A DNA stretch of 64,000 nt from an uncultured Actinomycetota bacterium (GCA_963785245.1 CAWAUO010000001.1:256549-320548), one strand, 5' to 3'; positions 9,815 to 18,113 are shown, numbered from the stretch's first letter. Notes: generated by a model from the sequence alone, not told the origin. Translations and numbers: made by a program.

Positions 9815-10219
9815 ATGGTTCGTCGATCGATAGCGGTGTTGGTCGGTTGTGTGATGCTGAGTCTGGCCGTCTCCGCTTGTGATGGGTCGGCTGATGGTCG
9901 GTCGGGTGTCGACTCCTGTGACGACCTCGCCGACATGTATGTTGCATTGCACCGACAGGCGGTTGACGACGTGGAGCGTGCCGATCCTGCGATTCCCGAC
10001 GGCGTCGATGGTGGTGAGGATGGGGAGCGACTCAACCGGATACTCCACATCATCGGTGGTCTGGACTGGGTTGAGGGGATGAGCGACATCGCTCTCCGCT
10101 GGGACGAACTGGGTTGCGAACCGGTAGATGTGACGGACGTGCTGCGCGACCGGGTGGATGAACTCTCGTATGAGACGCCGGTCGGCGAGTATCTCGTCGA
10201 GGACTACTTCGGATTCTGA
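9815..10219 (+). CDS. lipoprotein, hypothetical
   Basis: MVRRSIAVLVGCVMLSLAVSAC lipobox; acidic mature domain. Confidence 0.55.
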   Translation: MVRRSIAVLVGCVMLSLAVSACDGSADGRSGVDSCDDLADMYVALHRQAVDDVERADPAIPDGVDGGEDGERLNRILHIIGGLDWVEGMSDIALRWDELGCEPVDVTDVLRDRVDELSYETPVGEYLVEDYFGF

Positions 10220-10279
10220 CGCTGCACGCTATTGCCGATACGCCTGATGACCTCTTGTCTGTGTCGGTGCCCGAAGCTT

Positions 10280-10450
10280 TCAGCCGGTCGAGACGGTGAC
10301 GGTCGGTTCCTCTGCCCGGAGGTCGATCTCAATCATCGCTTCGATGGCGTGTTCAGCGCAGAGGTAGCCGCCGTCGATGTCGACGACGGCGACCCCTCCA
10401 CACATTTGACAGGTGTAGCCGGTTGCGTGCTGTGTGTTCATGCCTTCCAT
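10280..10450 (-). CDS. small Cys-containing protein (56 aa), paralog of 6133..6381: MEGMNTQHATGYTCQMCGGVAVVDIDGGYLCAEHAIEAMIEIDLRAEEPTVTVSTG
   Basis: Not in the supplied track (under 60 aa). Reverse-complement translation; conserved TGY.CQ.C...VVD.D.GGYLCA.HAIE...IDLR with the 6133 paralog. Confidence 0.4.
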   Translation of the reverse strand: MEGMNTQHATGYTCQMCGGVAVVDIDGGYLCAEHAIEAMIEIDLRAEEPTVTVSTG

Positions 10451-10570
10451 TCCTGGTACCAGGATCGTCGATTGGGGTCGACTCGTCGAGAAGGGTTGTC
10501 GGTGATCCAGTCGTGACTAGCCCCGGCACGGGGTGGGCCGGTTGGGCGAGGGCTAGGTGAGCGGTGGTAG

Positions 10571-10825
10571 TCGTCGGACCCTGGAAATCCTCAGCATCGA
10601 ACTCGTTTCGGGGTCATTGCCTGGTCGGGGGACTGGGCAACCCTGAGCATCGTCGCTGGGTGGCGACGGGACCGTTTCCGTCCACCCGAGGGGGTGTGGA
10701 TGCCGCAGGTGGCACAGGCGGAGCGGGACGGATGGCCGGACGAGTACACGGGTGATGGGATGGAGGCGACGAGGGGGTTCCTGGGCGCAACGCCATCAGA
10801 GTTACTCGCCGAAGCGTTGCGATGA
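10571..10825 (+). pseudogene. copy B of the repeated module: 3' fragment of an HTH-gene paralog (...ATLSIVAGWRRDRFRPPEGVWMPQVAQAERDGWPDEYTGDGMEATRGFLG...*)
   Basis: In-frame TAG at 10568-10570, no plausible start. Aligns to the last about 70 codons of the gene at 11866..12674, including the upstream RDR.RPP..G segment, all in one frame. Confidence 0.45.
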
Positions 10826-10836
10826 CCCCGTGAAAC

Positions 10837-10854
10837 GACAGCCGATATGGGCGG
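10837..10854. promoter_or_regulatory. ATAT-core palindromic motif copy 3 (GACAGCCGATATGGGCGG)
   Basis: Immediately downstream of the copy-B stop; see 6438, 7968 and 11767. Confidence 0.3.
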
Positions 10855-10950
10855 TTGCACGCATGTGCCTTGGTGACACCGATTGGCTCGGAGTGAGAGA
10901 TGCCCCCGGCACAGGCCGGGAGCATCTCGGTTGTTCCGCTGTCGGTTCGG

Positions 10951-11469
10951 TCAGTTGAATCTGATGATGCCTGTGAATCCCGCAGGAACACCAGGGGCGA
11001 GTTCCTCGACAAGGCCATCGGCATGCATCCGCCGACCCTCCCAACCTTCGAAGGGACCTACCGCATAGGTAACGGTGCCGTGCTCAACGATCTTGCCATT
11101 GGAGAACCTCCCGACGCCGCTGAGGTCTCCTTCCAGGACCCTCTCGCCCGAGTCGGGACAGGTCGTCGGGAACGTGTCGAAGTCGCCATCGTAGATCATG
11201 AACTGTTCCCAATAGTGCTGCGTCATGCCAGCGAATACCGACTCGCCCGCGGCCTTGAAGGTCATGCCGTAGAACTCGCCGTCGAGTTCGACCGTCCCAT
11301 ACCAGAAGACATCCAGATCACAGACCGCAATGCCCGGAACGGGAGGGTCGAACGCAATCTCCATCGGACCGGAGAGTTTCGGCGCTGGCTTGTCGGCATG
11401 CGCAGGTGCCACGACCGCTAGCGAAAGAATCACGAGCAGTGTGACAAGAAGCACCAGTTTTCGTTTCAT
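10951..11469 (-). CDS. secreted hypothetical protein (signal peptide MKRKLVLLVTLLVILSLAVVAPAHA)
   Basis: Clear Sec signal peptide; 172 aa. The opposite ORF 10900..11421 is an antisense shadow. Confidence 0.55.
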   Translation of the reverse strand: MKRKLVLLVTLLVILSLAVVAPAHADKPAPKLSGPMEIAFDPPVPGIAVCDLDVFWYGTVELDGEFYGMTFKAAGESVFAGMTQHYWEQFMIYDGDFDTFPTTCPDSGERVLEGDLSGVGRFSNGKIVEHGTVTYAVGPFEGWEGRRMHADGLVEELAPGVPAGFTGIIRFN

Positions 11470-11766
11470 GTCAATCCCCTATTCCCCTTCCCCCTCTCGA
11501 ATTTCGTGGTGGTGGTCGGCTCCTCCTTCCGCAGCGATCGAGTCACAGATCGGCCTCGATACGAGGAACGGCGACAGCCGACGTCCGAGCGTTGATCGTG
11601 GGACTACTCGACCCAGAAACAGTTGTGGTGGGTCGCTTCACGACACGGGTAGGCCGGTCCTGAGTAGTGAGAGGCGCTAGTGAGGGCTGCCTCCTCCCTC
11701 TCCGGCACCAACCCTACGCCCTCTATGGATCACGTCTAGGGGGTTCTACCGACCCCCACGCAGCAA

Positions 11767-11788
11767 GACAGCCGCCCATATCCGGCTG
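11767..11788. promoter_or_regulatory. ATAT-core palindromic motif copy 4 (inverted orientation: GACAGCCGCCCATATCCGGCTG)
   Basis: CAGCCG...CGGCTG arms. It lies about 80 bp upstream of the HTH gene start at 11866 (candidate autoregulatory operator). Confidence 0.35.
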
Positions 11789-11865
11789 GGAGGGATGATG
11801 TAGGTGGTGTTGCACGCCCCGGTCGGGCGGTGAGGGTCCGGTTTGTTCGGGAGGATCGCCGCCGG

Positions 11866-12674
11866 ATGTCGGTCCCTATCGTGGTCCGTGTGGACGACAC
11901 CCCAATCCTCGACGCTTCGTGGCCCCCAGACCTGAACCCAGCCGACGTGCCGTTCCGCATCCGGTCGATCACGGTCCTCACCCGGCAGGGCTACCTCGAT
12001 GACCCGACCTTGTTCGACACCCTCACTGAGGCTGAGGTATTGTCGTGGTGGAATGCCGGGCCGAAGACCGTCGCCGACATCCGAGACACCGGTGCCGCAG
12101 CGATACGTCTCCACCACGAACAGGCGGCGCAGCTTCCCCGGCTCCGGGCCGACATGGCCGCCGTCGCAGCCGAACCATGGTGTCGACACGTCTGGCATCA
12201 AGACCCCCGGTTCGCTGAGTACCTGCCGCACGGGGATGCCACCGTCCACGACATCGCCACTGGTGGCAGCATGGATGACCAGCGGTTCCTGTGGGGCAAC
12301 CTGGAGGGTCTCAGGAGAGCCGTGGAAGCCCAAGCGGCGCTGTCCCTTCCCGATGCCGTTGCCGAGTATGTGGAGGCCATCTCTGGGCAGCACGGCAAGC
12401 GGCTGGCCGCCCTGCTGTCACGCACTCGGTTGAACGGCCAGGACCCGATCACCAACCGGGAGATGGCGCGACGACTCGGCGTGTCGGAGCAGCGGGCCAG
12501 CCAGATCGTCCAACGGCTCTGGTACCACCGGGACCGTTGCCGACCACCCAACGGGGGGTGTGGATGCCGCAGGTGGTGGAGGCGGAGCGGGTCGGGTGGC
12601 CGGAGGGGTACACGGCTAGGGGAGTGGAGGCGACGAGGAGGTTCTTCGAGGCGACCGGTGCCGACGACGGGTGA
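11866..12674 (+). CDS. HTH DNA-binding protein (HhH-like N-region, sigma-70 region-4-like HTH ITNREMARRLGVSEQRASQIVQRL) carrying the conserved C-terminal module; apparent frameshift in a G6 tract at 12553-12558
   Basis: ATG at 11866 in the 11830 frame. After ...LWYHRDRCRPPNGG the conserved module GVWMPQVVEAERVGWPEGYTARGVEATRRFFEATGADDG* continues in the -1 frame (ORF 12291..12674 tail). Copies B and D carry the same junction in a single frame with G5 or G4 instead of G6. In-frame readthrough into the downstream gene in the six-frame track is not credible. Confidence 0.5.
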
Positions 12675-12765
12675 GTGGTTCTCCCTATGTCGCTCGGGTT
12701 TCTGGGGGAGTAGGATCGACGGATGGGGGTTGCTCGTCGAGCACCATCGCTATGGGAGGGTTGTC

Positions 12766-13944
12766 ATGTTTCGTCTGCTCCATCGGCGGCTAGCACTGGG
12801 CGTTGTTGTTGCACTTGCGTTGTTGTTGGCGCTGCCAGCCACTGCCGCTCCGAAGTCGGGCGGTGATACGGCAAAGACAGTGGTCGCTACCGAGTTCCTG
12901 GGTGAGGTCATCATCCCGACGGGCACGGTGTTCGACGGCACTGAAATCGGTGGCTTGTCGAGCATCACATACGATCGGGCACGTGGGGTGTATCACACCC
13001 TGTCTGATGATCAAGGGAACCGGGGCACTGGGGATCCGGTGCGGTACTACACGGTCGCCATCGATCTCGACGACGGAACACTGAACGACGGAGATGTGAC
13101 GTTCGTCGGAGTTACGCAGCTCTACGAAGAGGGCAAAACGCCGTTCGCTCCGGGTGGTCTCGATCCTGAGGGTTTCGCGCTCGGGCGTCAAGGATTCTTC
13201 TACATGTCGTCTGAGGGCAACATCCTCACTGATCCGATCATCGATCCGTTCATCAGGCGCTACAACCGGAACGGTCGAGTGACGGCGGAGCTGCCGATCC
13301 CCGACAAGTACATTCCGGACGGGGTTGACTGGGGAGTTAGGCAGAACCTGGCATTCGAGAGCCTCAACGTGACACCCGATAGTCGCCTGCTCGTGACAGC
13401 AGGTGAAGGTGCGCTCTTCCAAGACGGGCCAGATTCGAGCTTCACGAACGGCAGCCTCGCTCGCATCCTTACCTATGACAATGCGAAACGCAGAGCGGTC
13501 TCCGAGTTCGTGTATGAGGTCGGACCGTGGGCGGAACCGTCTGCCATCTTCGGCGTCAACGGCATCGTTGAGGTGCTCCCAATCGACAACGTGGGCACAT
13601 CGCTCGTGATGGAACGCTCATTCTCCGTCGGTGGAACCCTTGGGGGCGGCACCGGGAACGTCGTTGTCATCAATGAGGTCTCCAATGCGGGCGCAACAGA
13701 TGTCCTCGAAGTCGATGCGCTCTATAGCGGCGGTTCACCCATCACTCATACGCCGGTGTCCCAGCGGGAGGTGTTCGCGTTCGATGATCTCGGGATACCG
13801 ATCGACAACATTGAGGGGATGACGTTCGGGCCGGACCTGCCCGACGGGCGTCGAACCCTTGTGATCGTTAGTGACAACAACTTCAGTCCGGGTCAGTTCA
13901 CACAGTTCATTGTCCTCGCCGCCGACATCCGGGCGGCAGACTGA
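12766..13944 (+). CDS. secreted esterase-like activity of phytase family protein
   Basis: Signal peptide MFRLLHRRLALGVVVALALLLALPATA, then GGLSSITYD, GLDPEGFA, SDNNFSPGQFTQF, typical of the phytase-like esterase family. Start placed in the frame of ORF 11830..13944. Confidence 0.7.
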   Translation: MFRLLHRRLALGVVVALALLLALPATAAPKSGGDTAKTVVATEFLGEVIIPTGTVFDGTEIGGLSSITYDRARGVYHTLSDDQGNRGTGDPVRYYTVAIDLDDGTLNDGDVTFVGVTQLYEEGKTPFAPGGLDPEGFALGRQGFFYMSSEGNILTDPIIDPFIRRYNRNGRVTAELPIPDKYIPDGVDWGVRQNLAFESLNVTPDSRLLVTAGEGALFQDGPDSSFTNGSLARILTYDNAKRRAVSEFVYEVGPWAEPSAIFGVNGIVEVLPIDNVGTSLVMERSFSVGGTLGGGTGNVVVINEVSNAGATDVLEVDALYSGGSPITHTPVSQREVFAFDDLGIPIDNIEGMTFGPDLPDGRRTLVIVSDNNFSPGQFTQFIVLAADIRAAD

Positions 13945-14058
13945 AGAGGCTGGACCGCATCTCTGGACGCTCGGTCACACACCCAGCGTCCAGAGATCGA
14001 CCCCGGTCCAACCACTGCAGAGGGTCGACACGAGAGCGCAGGATCGACTCGTGCGGCG

Positions 14059-14241
14059 GTGCTCCTCCGACGCGGCGAGCTACGCAGTGGACTACTGATC
14101 TTGCGATACCACCCACGACCACCGGCCGGGGTGTGGATGCCACAGTTGGCGCAGGCTGAGCGGGACGGGTGGCCGGAGGAGTACATCGGTGAGGGAATGG
14201 AGGCGACGAGGAGATTCTTCGGAGTGGTTGGCGACGCTTGA
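14059..14241 (+). pseudogene. copy D of the repeated module: 3' fragment of an HTH-gene paralog (...LILRYHPRPPAGVWMPQLAQAERDGWPEEYIGEGMEATRRFFGVVGDA*)
   Basis: ORF 14059..14241; homologous to the last about 45 codons of 11866..12674. Confidence 0.4.
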
Positions 14242-14499
14242 TCCGTCTCTGATCTAAGGATTGCAGCACCCTCCTGAGCGAGCATGATCCGGGAGTCGCC
14301 CGATCTGTGGGTCGACCCCCAGCATTCCGTCGTTGTTCGCTATTCGGCAGTTTTGGGCGGCGTGATGGTCGGCGTGATGAACCCGTCGAACGTCGTGTAC
14401 AGGTAGAACGACTCGGGATTCCCGACTGCGAAGTAGCAGTCGTCGTCAGTGCACACCCCGTGACCACCGAGAACGCACACTCCGTCGCCCATGGCGCCG

Positions 14500-14590
14500 T
14501 TGCGGTCGAGGCCTTCGTAGAGGTGTCCGTAGACGTCGAGGACGGTCTTGACGCTGGTGTGTCCGAGTCGGGAGGCGATGACGGCAGAGG
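14500..14590 (-). pseudogene. 85-bp integrase C-terminal coding fragment (VIASRLGHTSVKTVLDVYGHLYEGLDRN) fused to a tRNA 3' remnant
   Basis: 14506-14590 is near-identical to 14738-14830 and to window 1-50. The flanking sequence on one side is tRNA-like, on the other side unrelated. Confidence 0.55.
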
Positions 14591-14615
14591 TCGGCGGTTC
14601 GATCCCGCCAGCGCC
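14583..14615 (+). other. tRNA 3'-end remnant (T-arm GGCGG-TTCGATC-CCGCC plus acceptor 3' strand AGCGCCCA); probable att-site relic
   Basis: Canonical T-stem/loop and a 7-nt acceptor strand are read directly. No matching 5' half upstream (it is replaced by integrase-derived sequence), so this is not an intact tRNA. Confidence 0.45.
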
Positions 14616-14647
14616 CACTCCAGGATCCCTTGTGTTTGTTGGGTTTC

Positions 14648-15226
14648 TTAGGTCAGCCCCCTTCCTTCGTCCCTGTTTCGTGTGCGTCGCGACCACGATG
14701 CGTCCACATCAGATCGGTCCCAGGGTGGGTTGAGGGTGTCGGCGGCGTTGCGGTCGAGGCCTTCGTAGAGGTGTCCGTAGACGTCGAGGACGGTCTTGAC
14801 GCTGGTGTGTCCGAGTCGGGAGGCGATGACGGCGGGGTGGGCGCCTTGGGCGATGAGGAGGGCGACGTGGCTGTGGCGGAGGTCGTGGAACCTCATCGGC
14901 TCGGCGACCGAGTCTGCGACGGCGGGGAGCCAGAAGCGGCTGCGGAAGGTGTTGCGGCGGATGGGTCCGCCTTCGGGTGCGGTGAAGATCAGGCCGTCCG
15001 GGCCCGGCGGGTAGGTGTCGAGATGTTGGTCGATGGTCTCGGGCAGCCATTCTGGTAGCGATGTCGGGGCCTTCGACTTTCGGATGCGACCGGCGGGCGT
15101 CGTCACCTTGTGATTGTCTGACGGACACGCCCCGTCATCAGCGACGGCCAACGGCTCGGTGAGATCGGCTGATCCGCAGTTCAGGCACTCCATGGGTTCC
15201 CCCTCGATCGTGTCAGGAGGCGGCAT
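14648..15226 (-). pseudogene. N-terminally truncated tyrosine integrase (C-terminal about 140 aa homologous to the integrase at 1..959)
   Basis: ...SLPEWLPETIDQHLDTYPPGPDGLIFTAPEGGPIRRNTFRSRFWLPAVADSVAEPMRFHDLRHSHVALLIAQGAHPAVIASRLGHTSVKTVLDVYGHLYEG. 14796-15030 is near-identical at nucleotide level to 1-235. The N-terminal about 50 aa are unrelated to integrase. Confidence 0.6.
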
Positions 15227-15491
15227 TCTGGCGCACCGGGGACCTGGCGCGGCCGCTCATATGTCGTTCCGGACGGGTCTGACATCCTTCCCTTGCCGAC
15301 GACACGGAACGGACGGACGACTGACGAGGACGTATCAGAGGGAGGTGATCATTCTGTCGGATCCAACGCGCGAATTCAGCGTGTTGATCGACGCTTTGGC
15401 GCACTCCGTGTTCGAGCACTGCGTTGTCCTCGGAGGATCTATGCCGGGGACCCCATGACTGCCCCTTCCGCTGGTCCTTCGGGGCGCCAAC

Positions 15492-16379
15492 TCAGCCGTT
15501 GTCGGTCTCTCGGGGTGGGCGGGGGATCAGCACGGACGTGTTCCTGGTGTAGGCCCGAAAATCCTCGTCCTCGCCCCATCGTTTCTCGGCGCGGGTCTCC
15601 AGCATTGGGATGCCGCTGACACGAGTGAGCAACAGGATGACGAACACCGGAGAGATCAGAACGACCCAGCGCCAGCCCGACAGGATTGGGACGGCCATGA
15701 TGGCCATGCCGATCCACAGCACGATCTCTCCGAAGTAGTTGGGGTGACGAGACCATGACCACAGGCCGGTGGTGATGAAGCGGCCATCGTTCGCCGGGTT
15801 CTGTTTGAACGTCGACTTCTGCCGGTCCGCCACGAATTCGATCGCGAAGCCGGCAATCCAGACGACGATGCCAACGATCGCGACCCAGCCGATGGACTTC
15901 CGTTCGACGCCCGTGATGATCGCCAACGCCGCTGCGATTGTGAGTAGAACCCACAGTCCCTGCAGGGTCCACGTCATGAAGAAACGCAGCGGGTCGACCT
16001 TGATCTCGTCGAATCGGCCGTCACGGCCATCGCGTCGGACCCGGCGGAAGAGGAAGGTTCCGAGTCGCAGGGCCCACACGGCAACCATTGCCGCAGCGAT
16101 CACGGCTCGCGCGTCGAGGTCGGCGCTGAGGAGGAGCGCTACCACCGTCACGGTCAGATAGGTGGCGCTTCCGGTGAGGTCGAAGTAGTGCTCCGTCTTC
16201 TTCTGGTTGGACGGTATGAAAACCACCCAGTTGATGACGTAGGCGAGCAGCGCGCACAACGCGAAGACCGGCATCCATCCGACTGTGGTGCTGCCATCGC
16301 TCCCGGCGAGTGCGACGAGCGCACCGATGACGACGGCGATGGTGATTCCGATCACAGATCGACGGGCTTCGGGAGTCAT
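15492..16379 (-). CDS. DUF1295 / steroid 5-alpha-reductase-like family membrane protein
   Basis: Multi-TM; SWSRHPNYFGEIVLWIGMAI is the characteristic C-terminal motif of this family. Confidence 0.7.
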   Translation of the reverse strand: MTPEARRSVIGITIAVVIGALVALAGSDGSTTVGWMPVFALCALLAYVINWVVFIPSNQKKTEHYFDLTGSATYLTVTVVALLLSADLDARAVIAAAMVAVWALRLGTFLFRRVRRDGRDGRFDEIKVDPLRFFMTWTLQGLWVLLTIAAALAIITGVERKSIGWVAIVGIVVWIAGFAIEFVADRQKSTFKQNPANDGRFITTGLWSWSRHPNYFGEIVLWIGMAIMAVPILSGWRWVVLISPVFVILLLTRVSGIPMLETRAEKRWGEDEDFRAYTRNTSVLIPRPPRETDNG

Positions 16380-16514
16380 GGAGCGCACGATAGGGCACGA
16401 AGACGCGAGGTCGCCATTCCATCGCCGGGGGAGCGAAGGCAACCGATGGACAATCGAGATGCCGCCCACCCGCGGCCGACCTGCACCGGTTCGGGGGGAT
16501 CTCGTCGTTTCGAC

Positions 16515-17468
16515 CTACACGGCGACCGGGGTCTCGAACCCCTCCGGTTTGACGGCCAGTACCGACGCGTTGACGGTGCCGAGCACGCGTTCTGCCGTGT
16601 TGCCGATGAAGACGCCATTGAGACCCGCCCGAGCCAGGGTCCCCATCACAAGGACGCCCGGCTGTTGCGCCTCAAGAACTCTTCGTATGGCCTCGCCGGG
16701 TTCACCCCGCTCAAGATGCTCCTCGATCGGGACATCGAAGTCGGGCATGATCTCCAAGAGACGCTTCATCCCCATCGTTGCGATCCGGTGCTCCTCGGCG
16801 ACCAGCGCGTCCACTTGTTCGACCGGCGGCCGAATTCGGCCCCGCCGGAGGAGCGATTCACCCTCCAGCGTCCACGCGTGAACGACATGGAGCGTGCCCC
16901 CGCGCCGTGCCGCGAGCGATCCTGCGATTTCCAGCAGCATCCCGTCGAGTGAATCGGCATGGATTCCCTCGTCGAAGGGTCCCACGGCCACGGCCACATC
17001 CGGATCTTCTCCCTCGCTCTCCGAACGCACCCACACCGGTACTGGGCACTTCCTGAGAAGGTGCATCGCCAACGATGACCCGGCAAGCCCGGGGAATCGC
17101 GAGGCGGAAGTCGCGCCAACCATGACGAGATCGTGATTTCGGCTGACGACCGTACGGATCACCTCGACGAAGTCTCTGCCGGCGGCAACCACGACGTCCA
17201 CCGGCACGCGGGCGCCCTCGATGGTGCGGGCAACCCGGGCGGCGAGGTCCTGCAACTCTTCGCGTCGCGCATCGAGGAGGAGACTCCCCACGTCGTAGCT
17301 CTCGCCGTCCTGCATCACGATGCTCCGCCGAGTGCGCTCGGAATCCACGTGACCGAAGAGGGTGACACGTCCATCGTTGCGGACGGCAAGGTCGATGGCG
17401 CGCGTGAGGAGCGCTGGAAGCGCTGCATCTTCGCCCGCGACCACCAGGATGTTCTTGAACCGTTTCAT
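16515..17468 (-). CDS. universal stress protein, tandem UspA domains
   Basis: MKRFKNILVVAGEDAALP...LVMVGATSASRF... and a second copy ...VLVMGTLARAGLNGVFIGNTAERVL (USP ATP-binding G-2x-G-9x-G(S/T) pattern). Confidence 0.8.
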   Translation of the reverse strand: MKRFKNILVVAGEDAALPALLTRAIDLAVRNDGRVTLFGHVDSERTRRSIVMQDGESYDVGSLLLDARREELQDLAARVARTIEGARVPVDVVVAAGRDFVEVIRTVVSRNHDLVMVGATSASRFPGLAGSSLAMHLLRKCPVPVWVRSESEGEDPDVAVAVGPFDEGIHADSLDGMLLEIAGSLAARRGGTLHVVHAWTLEGESLLRRGRIRPPVEQVDALVAEEHRIATMGMKRLLEIMPDFDVPIEEHLERGEPGEAIRRVLEAQQPGVLVMGTLARAGLNGVFIGNTAERVLGTVNASVLAVKPEGFETPVAV

Positions 17469-17779
17469 TTCGGGCCTCCAGCATGAGTCGGTCGAACGGG
17501 GTCGAGACTTCGCGTGCCGACGTCCAGATGACGCTCGAGTGGATGATTCGAATTCCTGCGTGGGTTGTCTTCGTAGCGAATCCTCCGTCCTCCACGCGGA
17601 TGCGAGAGGTGTCCGGCTGCCTCGCGTTCGCCGATGTTCCGCTGCGCGGCGCGCTCGGCAATGCCGGCCTCGGTCGGTATCTGGCGGGTCCTGATCCCCG
17701 GCCTCTCGGCGATGCACACCAGCACATGTCCGTGGTTCGTGAGAAGCGAGCAGCCGTGACGGTCGGTCGATTCGATCAT
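17465..17779 (-). CDS. winged-helix transcriptional regulator (MarR/ArsR-like), paralog of 23812..24117
   Basis: MIESTDRHGCSLLTNHGHVLVCIAERPGIRTRQI...GHLSHPRGGRRIRYE versus FLTNHAHVLLCIAENPDVRLRDV...GYLSHERIGRRNHYQV. Its TGA overlaps the usp ATG (ATGA), so the two are translationally coupled. Confidence 0.6.
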   Translation of the reverse strand: MIESTDRHGCSLLTNHGHVLVCIAERPGIRTRQIPTEAGIAERAAQRNIGEREAAGHLSHPRGGRRIRYEDNPRRNSNHPLERHLDVGTRSLDPVRPTHAGGPK

Positions 17780-17832
17780 TGCGTGTCTCCGATTTCCTGA
17801 GATGGGATATGGGAACGATTTAACACTAACAT

Positions 17833-17849
17833 ATCGTATGCGATACGAT
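17833..17849. promoter_or_regulatory. perfect inverted repeat ATCGTAT-gcg-ATACGAT in an AT-rich divergent promoter region
   Basis: Located between the wHTH-usp operon (minus) and the CPA-stub/mrp operon (plus). It is the only AT-rich island in several kb. Confidence 0.4.
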
Positions 17850-17897
17850 TCACGCAACAGGTTTCATAAATCGGGAACGGGAGGTCCCTGGGAGCCT

Positions 17898-18113
17898 TGA
17901 TGTGATGAACCTGCTGCTGGTTCTCATCGCCGCGCTCGCAGGTGGTCGACCTGTCCAGTGACTTAGCCATCCGGCGACCCTCGGGGAGTTCGGCGCCGGA
18001 ATCATCCTGGGCCCGCCGCTCGTCGGGTTGATCCAGGCCGACAACCTCGTGGCGCTGGGTCCGCTCAGCGAGACCTTTGTGGCAGGCCACGAACCAATTG
18101 GTATCGTCATCTG
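17898..18113 (+). pseudogene. N-terminal remnant (about 70 aa, internal stop/frameshift) of a CPA-family cation:proton antiporter
   Basis: VMNLLLVLIAALAGGRPVQ* then LSHPATLGEFGAGIILGPPLVGLIQADNLVALGPLSETFVAGHEPIGIVI* resembles the conserved CPA N-terminus (..AALLGG..ARRLGQPAVLGELLAGIILGPS.LGLI). It ends 46 bp before mrpA. Confidence 0.5.

Noticed and set aside
11830-13944. Single 704-aa ORF in the track
   Set aside because: It fuses an HTH gene, a non-coding or repeat region and a signal-peptide-bearing phytase-like gene. An internal ATG plus signal peptide at 12766 and the frame change at the G6 tract show at least two separate genes.
9679-14285. Minus-strand reading of the repeated module (..PKNLLVASIPSPMYSSGHPSRSACANCGIHTP..) as the coding frame
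   Set aside because: It is equally conserved, but Pro/Ser-rich and not attached to any plausible gene. The plus frame joins an HTH gene body, and all copies end with stops in that frame.
14583-14615. Intact tRNA gene
   Set aside because: Only the T-arm and 3' acceptor strand are present; the expected 5' half is replaced by integrase-derived sequence.
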